From Patescibacteria group bacterium (lineage in GTDB: Bacteria > Patescibacteriota > Patescibacteriia > PEXW01): 64,000 nucleotides of DNA. Below are positions 19,729 to 28,748 of this stretch, one piece after another. Every line of letters starts with the position of its first letter. Position 1 is the stretch's first letter. Where the stretch lies: contig JBAZBR010000002.1 in NCBI GenBank assembly GCA_041671325.1, positions 137,978 through 201,977 of the forward strand, written 5' to 3'. A model generated the notes under the pieces. The model was not told where the DNA came from, did no database searches, and was given only the letters and a program-made list of their open reading frames with translations. The translations under genes and the position numbers were made by a program.

Positions 19729-19765
19729 CGGGATTGACAGTTTTTAGGGGTAATATTATTATGAA

Positions 19766-19792
19766 TTAGCACTCTTTAAGTTAGAGTGCTAA
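19766..19792 (+). promoter_or_regulatory. CIRCE operator (HrcA binding site)
   Basis: Perfect TTAGCACTC-N9-GAGTGCTAA, 15 bp upstream of hrcA. Confidence 0.9.
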
Positions 19793-19807
19793 ACAGTAAA
19801 ATACCCT

Positions 19808-20488
19808 ATGTTAAGCCGGAAAGAACAACTTTTCAAAACTATTGTCAGGCAACACATTGCCCTGGGTGAACCCGTAGGCAGTAAATTCTTGGTGGATAAG
19901 GCGCATTTTGACATATCCCCAGCCACTTGCCGCAATGACATGGCAGAACTGGAAAATGAAGGCTATTTGACCCACCCCCACACTTCAGCCGGCCGGGTGC
20001 CTACGGAAAAAGGCTGGCGCTGGTATTTGCAGACTTTTATGGAAGAAATGCCAATTGCTAAAAAAAACCAAGAAGCCATTACTAAAGCCATGGACTCTGA
20101 AGTTGGCGAACAGGGCATCAAGCAAGTCGCCAAAGTCTTGGCCGAGCTTTCCAAGCAAACCGCGATTGTCGGGTTTTCGGCTGATGATATGTATTACACA
20201 GGGCTCTCCAACCTTTTTGCCAAACCTGAATTCAATGAATTGGATTTGCTCCAACATCTTTCCGAAGTGGTTGACCATTTAGACCAAGTTATGCGCAAAT
20301 TTTTCAAATCCAGCCAAGCCGAAGTGGAAGTCTTGATCGGCAAGGACAATCCTATTGACGAACATTGTAGTCTCTTGGTCACCCGTTTGGAAAACAAAAC
20401 CGGAACCTTAGTGGCTTTGCTGGGGCCTATGCGCATGGATTATGACCGGTTATTGCCTTTAATAAAATTCACCCGCACGATAATTTAA
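19808..20488 (+). CDS. hrcA: heat-inducible transcription repressor HrcA (short form, 226 aa)
   Basis: N-terminal winged-helix pattern (RQHIALGEPVGSKFL); position between CIRCE and grpE. Confidence 0.75.
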   Translation: MLSRKEQLFKTIVRQHIALGEPVGSKFLVDKAHFDISPATCRNDMAELENEGYLTHPHTSAGRVPTEKGWRWYLQTFMEEMPIAKKNQEAITKAMDSEVGEQGIKQVAKVLAELSKQTAIVGFSADDMYYTGLSNLFAKPEFNELDLLQHLSEVVDHLDQVMRKFFKSSQAEVEVLIGKDNPIDEHCSLLVTRLENKTGTLVALLGPMRMDYDRLLPLIKFTRTII

Positions 20489-20493
20489 AAAAT

Positions 20494-20988
20494 ATGGCAG
20501 ATGAAAATACTAAGATTGAAGAATCCGCAGAAAAAGTTAAGGTCGATTTAGAAAGGCTGCAAAAGTTGAATGAAGAATATTTGGACGGCTGGAAACGGGC
20601 CAAAGCGGATTACATAAATTTCAAGCGTGAATCGGAAAAGGAAAAAATGCAGATTGTGCAATTTGCCAATGCCGGTTTGCTCCTGGAATTAATGCCTATT
20701 GTCGACAATATCAAAACCGCACTCAAGCATGTGCCAGAAGAAAACCAGAAAGCCGAATGGGTTAAAGGCTTTGAACACATTTTGAAACAATTTTTGAATG
20801 TTTTGAAGGAAATGGGCGTGGAACAAATTCCGGCTAGGGGCGAAAAGTTTGACCCGGAAAAGCATGACGCCGTCAGTAAAGAAAAAAAAGAGGGGACTGA
20901 ACCCGGAATCATTTTGGAGGAAATTGCTACGGGTTATACCTTGCAAGGCAAAGTCATCAAGCATTCCAAGGTTAAAGTCAGCGAATAA
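20494..20988 (+). CDS. grpE: nucleotide exchange factor GrpE
   Basis: GrpE fold signature and operon context. Confidence 0.85.
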   Translation: MADENTKIEESAEKVKVDLERLQKLNEEYLDGWKRAKADYINFKRESEKEKMQIVQFANAGLLLELMPIVDNIKTALKHVPEENQKAEWVKGFEHILKQFLNVLKEMGVEQIPARGEKFDPEKHDAVSKEKKEGTEPGIILEEIATGYTLQGKVIKHSKVKVSE

Positions 20989-20990
20989 TC

Positions 20991-21166
20991 CCCCTACATA
21001 CCGCCTCTCCTATATAGGAGAGGATGGCCCCGCGGCCGCGGGGCCAGGTGAGGTGGACGAATAAACAAATTCCTTATTTCCGAATTCCCTCCCGCCTGCC
21101 TTCGCCGGAGCGAAGTACGGCGGGCAGGCACCCCGACCCTCTCCTAGATGGAGAGGGGATAAAAAC
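20991..21166. repeat. GC-rich palindromic intergenic repeat (class 2)
   Basis: CCTCTCCTATATAGGAGAGG, GGCCCCGCGGCCGCGGGGCC, and CCTGCC...GGCGGGCAGG / CCCTCTCC-TAGAT-GGAGAGGG. Confidence 0.7.
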
Positions 21167-21203
21167 TTAATAATTAGTCATTAATTAAAAGGAGAATAAA
21201 TTT

Positions 21204-21623
21204 ATGCCAATTATAAAATGGACACCAGCTGGAAATATGTTCGATGATATGGACCATATGATGGAAGACGCTTGGTTACCAGTCATGCGCTCCCACTTTG
21301 CCCCGGCCGTGGATGTTTATGAAGAAAAAGATAATGTGGTGGCGGAAATGCCTTTGGCTGGCATGGATCCAGAAAAAGTGGAAATTACCGTGGAAGACAA
21401 TGTCTTGACCGTGGCAGGCAAAAATGAGCACAAGAGTGAAGTTGATGAAAAGAATTATTACCGCAAAGAAGTCCGCTATGGCGCTTTCAGCCGTTCCGTG
21501 GCCCTGCCCAAGGCAGTCAAAGGCGAACAAGCCGAAGCCACTTTTGATAAAGGTATTTTGAAAATCGTCATGCCCAAGGCCGAAGAGGCGAAGCCAAAGA
21601 CCATCAAGGTCAAGGCGAAATAA
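21204..21623 (+). CDS. Hsp20/alpha-crystallin family small heat-shock protein
   Basis: ACD-domain pattern (AVDVYEE...VEITVEDNVLTVAGK...GAFSRSVALP). Confidence 0.85.
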   Translation: MPIIKWTPAGNMFDDMDHMMEDAWLPVMRSHFAPAVDVYEEKDNVVAEMPLAGMDPEKVEITVEDNVLTVAGKNEHKSEVDEKNYYRKEVRYGAFSRSVALPKAVKGEQAEATFDKGILKIVMPKAEEAKPKTIKVKAK

Positions 21624-21630
21624 TCACATT

Positions 21631-21875
21631 ACCTCCTCTCCTATATAGGAGAGGATGCCCACAGGGCAGGTGAGGTGGGCGAATAAACTTATTCTTAATT
21701 TTCCAAGTAACCCTCACCCCCGCTTCGCGTACCCTCTCCCAGAGGGAGAGGGGGTAAAAATGCAAAGGATTACCACTTCTTTGCACTTCAGCCCACCCTC
21801 TGTCATTCCGACCGAAGCCCCGCTTGGCGGGGCGTAGTGGACCTGCCCGCCGAACTGGCAAGGCAGGTGGGGGAA
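21631..21875. repeat. GC-rich palindromic intergenic repeat cluster (class 2)
   Basis: CCTCTCCTATATAGGAGAGG, CCCTCTCCC-AGA-GGGAGAGGG and CCTGCCCGCC...GGCAGG. ORFs in this span are artefacts. Confidence 0.7.
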
Positions 21876-22014
21876 TCTCATATGATGCAGTCGAGATCCC
21901 TCGGCTAAGCTCGGGATGACAAAAGAAAGAAATTGACTTCGCGGAGTTTATCCCGCTTATCGGCGGGAGTCGCTCGCAATGACAGATAGTAACTAATCAA
22001 ACTCTAGAAACAAT

Positions 22015-22359
22015 ATGCCCCAATTCGCTTTACCAAATTTTTCACCAAACCAAAACGGCAAACCCGACAGCTTGCGCATGGATGGGCATTGCCCGAATTG
22101 CGGCAATCTCTTTGACTTCCGCAAGACCCAAGTCTTGGCTGAAGAATCAGGTTCCACCTTGCTGTATTTGAAATGCTCCAATTGCGGTATGGCCGCCGTG
22201 GCCACTATGACCATGTCACCCCAAGGCTTGCTCTTCCGCGGCATGATCACGGACCTTACCCCTCAGGATATTTTGAAATTCAAGGATGCCAATGATATAG
22301 ACAGCGAAGATATCATGACCCTCCACCAAAATTTAAATTCTAATTCTTTAACTAATTAA
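22015..22359 (+). CDS. small zinc-ribbon protein (two CxxCG pairs)
   Basis: CPNCG...CSNCG; immediately upstream of dnaK. Confidence 0.45.
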   Translation: MPQFALPNFSPNQNGKPDSLRMDGHCPNCGNLFDFRKTQVLAEESGSTLLYLKCSNCGMAAVATMTMSPQGLLFRGMITDLTPQDILKFKDANDIDSEDIMTLHQNLNSNSLTN

Positions 22360-22374
22360 TTTTTTAATAAACAT

Positions 22375-24291
22375 ATGCCAAAGATACTCGGAATCGATTT
22401 AGGGACAACCAACTCTTGCATGGCCGTCATTGAAGGCGGCGAACCCAAGGTGTTGGAAAATAAAGAAGGCAATCGTACTACGCCCTCTGTTGTTGCGGTT
22501 TCCAAAACCGGCGAAAGGTTAGTCGGCCAAGTGGCCAAGCGCCAAGCCGTGGTTAACCCGGAAAACACTTTGTATTCCATCAAACGCCTTATTGGCCGAA
22601 GATGGGATGATGAAGAAATCCAAAGGGATTTGAAAGTCCTACCCTTCAAAATGGTCCAAGCTGGCGTGGGCGTGAAAATCATCATGTCTGGCAAGGAATA
22701 TACCCCGCAAGAAGTTTCCGCCATGATTTTGCAGAAAATGAAAGAAGATGCGGAAACCAAATTGGGTGAAAAAATTGAAGAAGCCGTGATCACGGTCCCA
22801 GCATATTTTGACGATAGCCAAAGACAAGCCACCAAAGACGCGGGTGAAATCGCAGGGCTAAAAGTCCGCCGCATAATCAATGAACCCACAGCTGCGGCTT
22901 TAGCCTATGGTTTTAATAAGAAGAAGGATGAAAAAATCGCAGTCTATGATTTGGGCGGCGGCACTTTTGATATTTCCATCTTGGAAGTCAGCAATGACAC
23001 GGTGGAAGTGAAAGCCACTAATGGCGACACCCACTTAGGCGGTGATGATTTTGACCAAAGGATTATCCATTGGATAATTGATGAATTTAAAAAAGACCAA
23101 GGCATTGATCTTTCCAAAGACCAAATGGCTTTGCAGCGCCTGAAAGAATCCGCGGAAAAAGCCAAGCATGAACTTTCCACCACCACGGAAACGGAAATCA
23201 ACCAGCCTTTCATTACCACAGACGCTTCGGGTCCCAAACATTTGGTTTTGAAAATGTCCAGATCCAAATTGGAACAATTAGTCGGCGATTTAGTCGAGAA
23301 GACTTTAGAACCAACCAAAAAAGCTTTGGATGACGCGGGCTTGAAAACTTCAGACATCAACGAAGTGGTCATGGTTGGCGGTATGACCCGCATGCCTTTG
23401 GTCCAAGCCACAGTTGAAAAATTCTTTGGTAAAAAGCCTCACTTGGGTGTTAACCCGGATGAAGTGGTAGCCATTGGCGCGGCCGTCCAAGCCGGAGTTT
23501 TGCAAGGCGAAGTTAGGGATGTCTTATTGCTGGATGTCACGCCATTATCTTTGGGCTTGGAAACTTTAGGCAGTGTCATGACACCTTTGATCGAACGCAA
23601 CACCACTATTCCAACATCCAAATCCCAAGTCTTTTCCACGGCCGCTGATAACCAAACCAGCGTGGAAATCCACGTGCTCCAAGGCGAAAGGCCCATGGCC
23701 AATGACAACAAGTCTTTGGGCCGCTTTATCCTTTCTGGCATTCCGCCAGCGCCCCGCGGCGTGCCGCAAGTGGAAGTGACTTTTGACATTGATGCCAACG
23801 GCATTTTGAATGTCAAAGCCAAAGATAAAGCCACCAGCAAAGAGCAAAGCATTACCATTACCGCTTCCACGGGTCTTTCCAAAGACGAAGTGGAAAGGAT
23901 GAAGCAGGAAGCCCAGGCCAATGCCGAAGTGGACAAGAAGAAAAAGGAATTGATTGACACCCGCAACCTGGCCGAGAACTTGGTCTTTACCGCGGAAAAA
24001 TCCCTGAAAGACGCAGGCGACAAAGTCCCCAAGGACGTGAAAAAAGAAATTGAGGAAAAGATTGAAGCCGTGAAAAAGGTTAAGGACAGTGATGACAAAG
24101 ACGCCATTAAAAAAGCTTCTGATGACTTAGGTCAGACTATCCAGAAGATTGGGCAGGCGATGTATAAGGACCAACAACCACCTCAAGGAACCCCCTCGGC
24201 AAGCTCGGGGCCTGCGGCAGGAGCGAATGGCGAAGAGCCTAAAAATGATAAAGGTCCAGTGGATGCGGCTTATACTGAAGTTAAGAAGTAA
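22375..24291 (+). CDS. dnaK: molecular chaperone DnaK (Hsp70)
   Basis: Canonical Hsp70 motifs IDLGTTNS and DLGGGTFD; 638 aa. Confidence 0.97.
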   Translation: MPKILGIDLGTTNSCMAVIEGGEPKVLENKEGNRTTPSVVAVSKTGERLVGQVAKRQAVVNPENTLYSIKRLIGRRWDDEEIQRDLKVLPFKMVQAGVGVKIIMSGKEYTPQEVSAMILQKMKEDAETKLGEKIEEAVITVPAYFDDSQRQATKDAGEIAGLKVRRIINEPTAAALAYGFNKKKDEKIAVYDLGGGTFDISILEVSNDTVEVKATNGDTHLGGDDFDQRIIHWIIDEFKKDQGIDLSKDQMALQRLKESAEKAKHELSTTTETEINQPFITTDASGPKHLVLKMSRSKLEQLVGDLVEKTLEPTKKALDDAGLKTSDINEVVMVGGMTRMPLVQATVEKFFGKKPHLGVNPDEVVAIGAAVQAGVLQGEVRDVLLLDVTPLSLGLETLGSVMTPLIERNTTIPTSKSQVFSTAADNQTSVEIHVLQGERPMANDNKSLGRFILSGIPPAPRGVPQVEVTFDIDANGILNVKAKDKATSKEQSITITASTGLSKDEVERMKQEAQANAEVDKKKKELIDTRNLAENLVFTAEKSLKDAGDKVPKDVKKEIEEKIEAVKKVKDSDDKDAIKKASDDLGQTIQKIGQAMYKDQQPPQGTPSASSGPAAGANGEEPKNDKGPVDAAYTEVKK

Positions 24292-24296
24292 CAAAA

Positions 24297-24625
24297 TGGC
24301 TAGAATTCCTTTTAATGCAGAACAACACCCCCATCCAAGTAGACTGGATGCAATTGACTCGATACGAATTCACCCGAGGAGCTATGGCGTATTGAATGCT
24401 GGTCAGCATTCTTTGAAGACCAAACCCAGCATTCAAGTACACATTCTTTCGGACCAAGTGGGTAATCGAGGGGTTGATTATAAGGAGGTTATGCTTGGGA
24501 GTCCGGAAAAGTTCACATTAACCTACAGAATTGAAAACAGGACTGACGCTATAGCTTTCGCATATATTACTAAGGAAAATGGTGACAGAGCGGCAGGTGC
24601 CAAGCATGAGGAGGTTAAGAAATAA
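24297..24625 (+). CDS. hypothetical protein, 109 aa
   Basis: ORF immediately after the dnaK stop; the track ORF extends back into dnaK. Confidence 0.35.
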
Positions 24626-24660
24626 TTAATTTTTGCCCTAGGGAAACCCAGGAAAAGCTT

Positions 24661-25302
24661 ATGGAAGAATTACCAAAAGACCAACCAAATGTGTCAATAT
24701 CCCCAAACGTTACAAATGGTACTGCTTATCCGAAACCTGTTGATCTAATTTTTGAAGAATCCGAGAAGCAATTTCTTTCAAGATTACGAAATCTTGGTGT
24801 AATTCCAGATGACTTAGTTGCATTGCAAGAAGTCCGACCCGAAGCATTGGATATTCATGAACGTGAACTTTTAAGCCAGTTAACTGATGTTGAGCAAGAA
24901 ATTTTTAAGCAGTCTTTACTGGCTTATGGTTGGTTGTCTTACACTTTGGCAACCATGGGCTTGATGAGGGTGCTCGAGAGTTGTGTAGAGCTATTATTTA
25001 ACAAAGAACAAATTGAGAATCCGAAGCGACCTAACCCACCTAATCAGGCAGACCCTGAAATTTGCAAAAAATGCGAAATTTGCCAAACGTATTTTTCAGG
25101 ACTAAAGGCAAAGATTGAAAAATTATCAGAACAAACAAAAAATGAACAAGTAAAAAATTACCTATTACCAGTTATCGAGTTTTTAAAACGACTTGGGCAA
25201 TCTAAAAAACATATAAATTCTGAACTAGCTGATAAAACTGTGGCCCGTCAATTAATAGCTTCAATAATCTCATTATTAAAAAGTATAAAAAATGAAACCT
25301 GA
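24661..25302 (+). CDS. hypothetical protein, 213 aa, with a CxxCxxC cluster
   Basis: Coding-like ORF; no family recognised. Confidence 0.45.
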   Translation: MEELPKDQPNVSISPNVTNGTAYPKPVDLIFEESEKQFLSRLRNLGVIPDDLVALQEVRPEALDIHERELLSQLTDVEQEIFKQSLLAYGWLSYTLATMGLMRVLESCVELLFNKEQIENPKRPNPPNQADPEICKKCEICQTYFSGLKAKIEKLSEQTKNEQVKNYLLPVIEFLKRLGQSKKHINSELADKTVARQLIASIISLLKSIKNET

Positions 25303-25579
25303 TCAAATTTCAATTAAGATTGATGATGCAACCATGAAAGGCGTTTATGCCAATATGATGAGCGTTTCCCATTCCAAAGAGGAATTTCTCTTGGATTTTT
25401 TGAATATCTACCCCTTACAACAAGCGGGGATTGCCACCTCTCGGGTAATTGTCTCGCCTGGGCATATGAAAAGGATAGTGAATGCCCTGCAGGACAATTT
25501 GAAAAAATACGAAGGCAGTTTTGGTAAAATTCAAGAAGCTGATGCGCCCACCAGCGGGGAAGTTGGTTTCCAGGGTTAA
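25292..25579 (+). CDS. DUF3467-like small conserved protein, copy A
   Basis: KGVYANMMSVSHSKEEFLLDF pattern. It is 88% nt identical to 33511-33801. The DUF assignment is from memory. Confidence 0.6.
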   Translation: MKPDQISIKIDDATMKGVYANMMSVSHSKEEFLLDFLNIYPLQQAGIATSRVIVSPGHMKRIVNALQDNLKKYEGSFGKIQEADAPTSGEVGFQG

Positions 25580-25600
25580 TAATAATTTAAAACATTTTAT

Positions 25601-25837
25601 ATGAAGAACAAATTAAATTCTCAACTAAAGAAGAAAATGTTGAGGTATATAAGGTACGACAGATTTTTACGCGAGTATCGAAATCAATTCATTTCCAGTT
25701 TTAAGAACGGTATAAAAACTCAAACCGCAAAAAAATTATTAACTAGCGATGAATTAACTAGAATTTCAGTCATGAATAAGCATTTAAAGAAATTAGAGCA
25801 ACAGTATATAATTTCTGTTCGTAAATTTATATTTTAA
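25601..25837 (+). CDS. hypothetical basic protein, 78 aa
   Basis: Short Lys/Arg-rich ORF. Confidence 0.35.
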   Translation: MKNKLNSQLKKKMLRYIRYDRFLREYRNQFISSFKNGIKTQTAKKLLTSDELTRISVMNKHLKKLEQQYIISVRKFIF

Positions 25838-25849
25838 TTATCTAATTTT

Positions 25850-26188
25850 ATGACTTGCCAAAACTGCGGGCATTTAAATCAAGAAGATGCAAAATTTTGT
25901 ATAAATTGCGGAAAAGTATTAGTAAAATCTATCGAACAAAAAGTAAATGCACAAACAGTGGTAACAGTTAATGATAGTAAGAACAAAAAAGTAAAAAAGA
26001 AACATTATGGTCAACTGGCGTTTATTTTTATTGTTTTTGCAACATTAATGCAGAATTCAACACCGGAACCGGACACCACAGGAAGGATTACTTTTTTTGT
26101 AATCCAAATATTATTAGCATTTTTTGGTATGTATTTCTTGGTACGTTGGATAATGTATTTATTTAAGAAAAAAGATTCAAAGAAATAG
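25850..26188 (+). CDS. zinc-ribbon domain membrane protein
   Basis: N-terminal CQNCG...CINCG and two C-terminal TM helices. Confidence 0.5.
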   Translation: MTCQNCGHLNQEDAKFCINCGKVLVKSIEQKVNAQTVVTVNDSKNKKVKKKHYGQLAFIFIVFATLMQNSTPEPDTTGRITFFVIQILLAFFGMYFLVRWIMYLFKKKDSKK

Positions 26189-26200
26189 AAAAGTTTTATT

Positions 26201-26290
26201 TCCTCCGCTTCCACCTTTACCTGCCGATGAGGCAGGTCCCGCCCGCCTCGCTCCGTGAAACGGAGCAGGTCGCCCACGGGGTGGGGTTTT
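26201..26290. repeat. array-module GC-rich repeat (class 1), left-most copy
   Basis: TCCTCCGCTTCCACC...CGGGGTGGGGTTTTT; shares its core with the other copies. Confidence 0.7.
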
Positions 26291-26295
26291 TAGCA

Positions 26296-26330
26296 AAAAG
26301 ATAAACCAGCACCTTGTGCTGGTTTGTAGA
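26296..26330 (-). terminator. terminator of cassette gene 1
   Basis: ACCAGCAC-AAGG-TGCTGGT hairpin, with a T-run on the minus strand. Confidence 0.55.
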
Positions 26331-26345
26331 TTTTGATAAGTCGAC

Positions 26346-26570
26346 TTAATGTGCCTGGCAGAGCGAAAGGCTTTGTTTTAGTTTTGCAACATCACCCTCA
26401 GTACCCCCGACAATTTCATAAATTACAGTACTGGTTGCTTGTTCTGTTTGTACAAGCCGTACGGGTAAAGGGGTAAGAGCATTTAATGACCCAACTGTTA
26501 GTTTAACTAACTTGTCCCATTCTTCGGGGGTTTCGACGTCACTTGAGTTCAATTGAGCGATCATTTTCAT
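26346..26570 (-). CDS. cassette gene 1: hypothetical protein, 74 aa
   Basis: GGAG SD; own promoter and terminator. Confidence 0.5.
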   Translation of the reverse strand: MKMIAQLNSSDVETPEEWDKLVKLTVGSLNALTPLPVRLVQTEQATSTVIYEIVGGTEGDVAKLKQSLSLCQAH

Positions 26571-26596
26571 TATCTCTTCTCCTGTGTTTTCGTTTT

Positions 26597-26640
26597 ATTT
26601 GACTTGATGTTAATTCGAAGTCTTTACCCTGTCAATCCTC
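26597..26640 (-). promoter_or_regulatory. sigma70-type promoter of cassette gene 1, fused to a class-1 repeat
   Basis: Minus-strand TTGACA-17-TAACAT. The -35 is the reverse complement of the repeat-initial TGTCAA. Confidence 0.55.
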
Positions 26641-26675
26641 CTCCGCTTCCACCTTAGGTAGGCGAGGGGTTTTTA
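26631..26675. repeat. class-1 repeat, short copy
   Basis: TGTCAATCCTCCTCCGCTTCCACC...GGGGTTTTT. Confidence 0.65.
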
Positions 26676-26678
26676 GAT

Positions 26679-26707
26679 TTGACATTTATAACTACCGATT
26701 GTAAAGT
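26679..26707 (+). promoter_or_regulatory. sigma70-type promoter of the GNAT gene
   Basis: TTGACA-17-TAAAGT. Confidence 0.5.
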
Positions 26708-26748
26708 ATTCCATTAAACATAAAAATAATTAGCTGTGGAGGTTTACA

Positions 26749-27165
26749 ATGCAATTTAGGTTTTACACTGAACAAGACTACGAAACCGTAGCGGGATTCT
26801 TCAAACAATCTGGCCAGTATGATCCAACTTGGGATACGGCCGAGAACCTTAAGGAAAAGATTACCCGGTTTCCGACCTCAATCATTGTTTGCATAGAGGG
26901 CGGCGAGGTAGTGGCAAGCGTCTTTACCATGGAAGACGGCTGGGGGACTTTCATTTATCGACTAGTTGTTCGGCCAGACATGCAAAAACAGGGCATAGGC
27001 AGGGCGCTGATGGCATTCGCGGAAATGACCTTGAAGCAAAAAGGCAAGAAAGAAGTCGCGATATTTGTCCATGACACCCGCCAAGACCTGCTCGAGTGGT
27101 ATGCGGACCAGGGTTATCTTTTTGATGACCCCAAGAGCTACCGCTCATTGTTCAAAAAACTTTAA
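26749..27165 (+). CDS. GNAT family N-acetyltransferase
   Basis: Acetyl-CoA binding motif (Q/RxxGxG/A: QKQGIGRALM). Confidence 0.8.
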   Translation: MQFRFYTEQDYETVAGFFKQSGQYDPTWDTAENLKEKITRFPTSIIVCIEGGEVVASVFTMEDGWGTFIYRLVVRPDMQKQGIGRALMAFAEMTLKQKGKKEVAIFVHDTRQDLLEWYADQGYLFDDPKSYRSLFKKL

Positions 27166-27189
27166 ATTGATTTGGGCGACCCTTATCCG

Positions 27190-27262
27190 GCCGCCCTTTT
27201 TTGTATTTCTTTTCCACTTTCACCTTCTCCTTGCCTCGTCCGCGGGGTATGGTTTTGAGAAT
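27190..27262. repeat. class-1 repeat, degenerate copy (TTGTAT replaces TTGTCA)
   Basis: TTGTATTTCTTTTCCACTTTCACC...CCGCGGGGTATGGTTTTG. Confidence 0.55.
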
Positions 27263-27278
27263 ATGGTAAAATAAAAAT

Positions 27279-27794
27279 ATGAAAGTTATTCTTTACATGG
27301 CAATTACCGCGAATGGCATGATCGCGAAACGCAATAATGACACGAGTTGGGTTTCCAAGGAGGAATGGAAAAGTTACAACGCAACCGTACTTCACGCGGG
27401 CTGTTTGGTCGTAGGCCGAAAAACCTATGACATCATGGTAAAGGAAGGTGAGTTTGCGAAGTTGAAAGAGGTCTTTGTCGTGGTTGTTAGCCATCAGGAA
27501 GTTGAAATGGTGGACCCGCTGCATCAGGTGGCTCATACACCACAAGAGGCATTGCAATTGCTTAAAGATTATCCAGAGGTTATTATTGGCGGTGGCGGGA
27601 ACATAAATAGTGAGTTTTTGAAAGAGAAGCTCGTTGACGAAATGTATTTAGATATTGAACCGAAACTTATTGGCAAAGGTATTCGATTATTTGAAAATCT
27701 TGATTTGGATTTTAATTTGGTTCTTCTTGATACAAAAGCCATTTCACCAAATGTGGTTCAGTTGCATTATAAAGTGATTAAGTCGGTTTCGTAA
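27279..27794 (+). CDS. dihydrofolate reductase-like protein (RibD C-terminal domain family)
   Basis: MKVILYMAITANGMIA N-terminus and VIIGGG motif, typical of the bacterial YwjB/DHFR-like family. Confidence 0.7.
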   Translation: MKVILYMAITANGMIAKRNNDTSWVSKEEWKSYNATVLHAGCLVVGRKTYDIMVKEGEFAKLKEVFVVVVSHQEVEMVDPLHQVAHTPQEALQLLKDYPEVIIGGGGNINSEFLKEKLVDEMYLDIEPKLIGKGIRLFENLDLDFNLVLLDTKAISPNVVQLHYKVIKSVS

Positions 27795-27836
27795 TTCTTC
27801 GCTTCCCCCTTCCTACGCCCGCGGGGTGGGATTTTG
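27795..27836. repeat. class-1 repeat, truncated copy
   Basis: CGCTTCCCCCTTCC...CCCGCGGGGTGGGATTTTGG. Confidence 0.55.
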
Positions 27837-27837
27837 G

Positions 27838-27975
27838 ATAAATGAATACATCCTCTCCTATATAGGAGAGGATGGCCGAAGGCCAGGTGAGGTTCACAAA
27901 AAACTAATTTCAAACTTTCCGAGTTCCCTCACTCGCCTACGGCACCCTCTCCCAGAGGGAGAGGGGATTTTTGGT
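27838..27975. repeat. class-2 palindromic repeat, copy A of a near-identical ~180-bp direct repeat (with terminator)
   Basis: CCTCTCCTATATAGGAGAGG...CCCTCTCCC-AGA-GGGAGAGGG; near-identical to 28549-28690. Confidence 0.75.
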
Positions 27976-27980
27976 AAAGC

Positions 27981-28012
27981 AAAAACCCCGAGGAAAATCC
28001 ACGGGGTTTTGC
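27981..28012 (-). terminator. conserved hairpin terminator of cassette gene 2
   Basis: CCCCGAGGAAAATCCACGGGG with a T-run on the minus strand; about 4 near-identical copies in the array. Confidence 0.65.
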
Positions 28013-28031
28013 AAAGAGTGTGTTCGGATAT

Positions 28032-28397
28032 TTATTCCGGTTGGTTACGCTTTACCATTTCGACCGGAACCCATTTTCCGCTGGCGAGTACCGCCTCTTC
28101 CAAACGTGCCGCTTCAGCCAGGCATTCGTCAAGTTTGGTGTAGGGCTTGTCGAGAGGATTGACCCTACAGCCAGAATAGGCCGAATGGGCCGTGCTGGGG
28201 TCAAGGTAATTGTAAAGGTGGAATACGGGATAAAGCGTCCCGTCTCCCAGTCCATCGCCTTTCCCATTGATATTGAGCCAGATCTCTTTCCGTATGAAAA
28301 TCGATGAGGCTTGAGTACCATCGGGTTTCCACAAAAAGCAACAACAGTGCTGATCGGCTACGAGCTGAGATGCAAAGTTTTCAGGAGGTTGGTACAT
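28032..28397 (-). CDS. cassette gene 2: hypothetical protein, 121 aa
   Basis: Own promoter and terminator. Confidence 0.5.
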   Translation of the reverse strand: MYQPPENFASQLVADQHCCCFLWKPDGTQASSIFIRKEIWLNINGKGDGLGDGTLYPVFHLYNYLDPSTAHSAYSGCRVNPLDKPYTKLDECLAEAARLEEAVLASGKWVPVEMVKRNQPE

Positions 28398-28453
28398 CTG
28401 TATTCTCCTTTTCTCCTAAAAATGTTTTTACTATTTGTAATTTGACTAAACAG

Positions 28454-28480
28454 ATTATCACAAAATAGTTTTATTGTCAA
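28454..28480 (-). promoter_or_regulatory. sigma70 promoter of cassette gene 2
   Basis: TTGACA-16-ATAATC with a TGTG extended -10. Confidence 0.6.
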
Positions 28481-28545
28481 CCCTATCCGCTTCCACCTCC
28501 TCGCCAAAAAGGCGGGCAAGCCCTCCGCCCGCGGGGTTGGGTGTT
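28474..28545. repeat. class-1 repeat
   Basis: TTGTCAACCCTATCCGCTTCCACCTCC...AAAAAGGCGGGCAAGCCCTCCGCCCGCGGGG. Confidence 0.7.
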
Positions 28546-28548
28546 GGA

Positions 28549-28690
28549 TAAATGAATACATCCTCTCCTATATAGGAGAGGATGGCCGAAGGCCAGGTGA
28601 GGTTCACAAAAAACTAATTTCAAACTTTCCGAGTTCCCTCACTCGCCTACGGCACCCTCTCCCAGAGGGAGAGGGGATTTTTGGTAAAGC
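28549..28690. repeat. class-2 palindromic repeat, copy B
   Basis: Near-identical to 27838-27975. Confidence 0.75.
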
Positions 28691-28725
28691 AAAAACCCCG
28701 AGGAAAATCCACGGGGTTTTTACAA
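28691..28725 (-). terminator. conserved hairpin terminator of cassette gene 3
   Basis: CCCCGAGGAAAATCCACGGGG plus a T-run. Confidence 0.65.
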
Positions 28726-28748
28726 AGAGAGTAGCTTAGTCGGAACAA

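Noticed and set aside
21610-21861. ORFs of 60-130 aa lying inside the GC-rich palindromic repeats (also 40831-41183, 62334-62759, 27826-28143, 30914-31111 and others).
   Set aside because: They are a product of GC-rich palindromes in an AT-rich genome. They overlap on both strands, have no RBS, have low-complexity translations, and coincide exactly with repeat copies.
22356-24107. Long antisense ORFs inside dnaK (22356-22889, 22944-23411, 23439-24107).
   Set aside because: Shadow ORFs opposite a highly conserved gene.
27255-27283. Sigma70 promoter or leaderless start for the DHFR-like gene (TTGAGA-17-TATGAA overlapping the ATG).
   Set aside because: The putative -10 would overlap the start codon itself, which is inconsistent with transcription initiating upstream of it. 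The promoter for this gene is unresolved.
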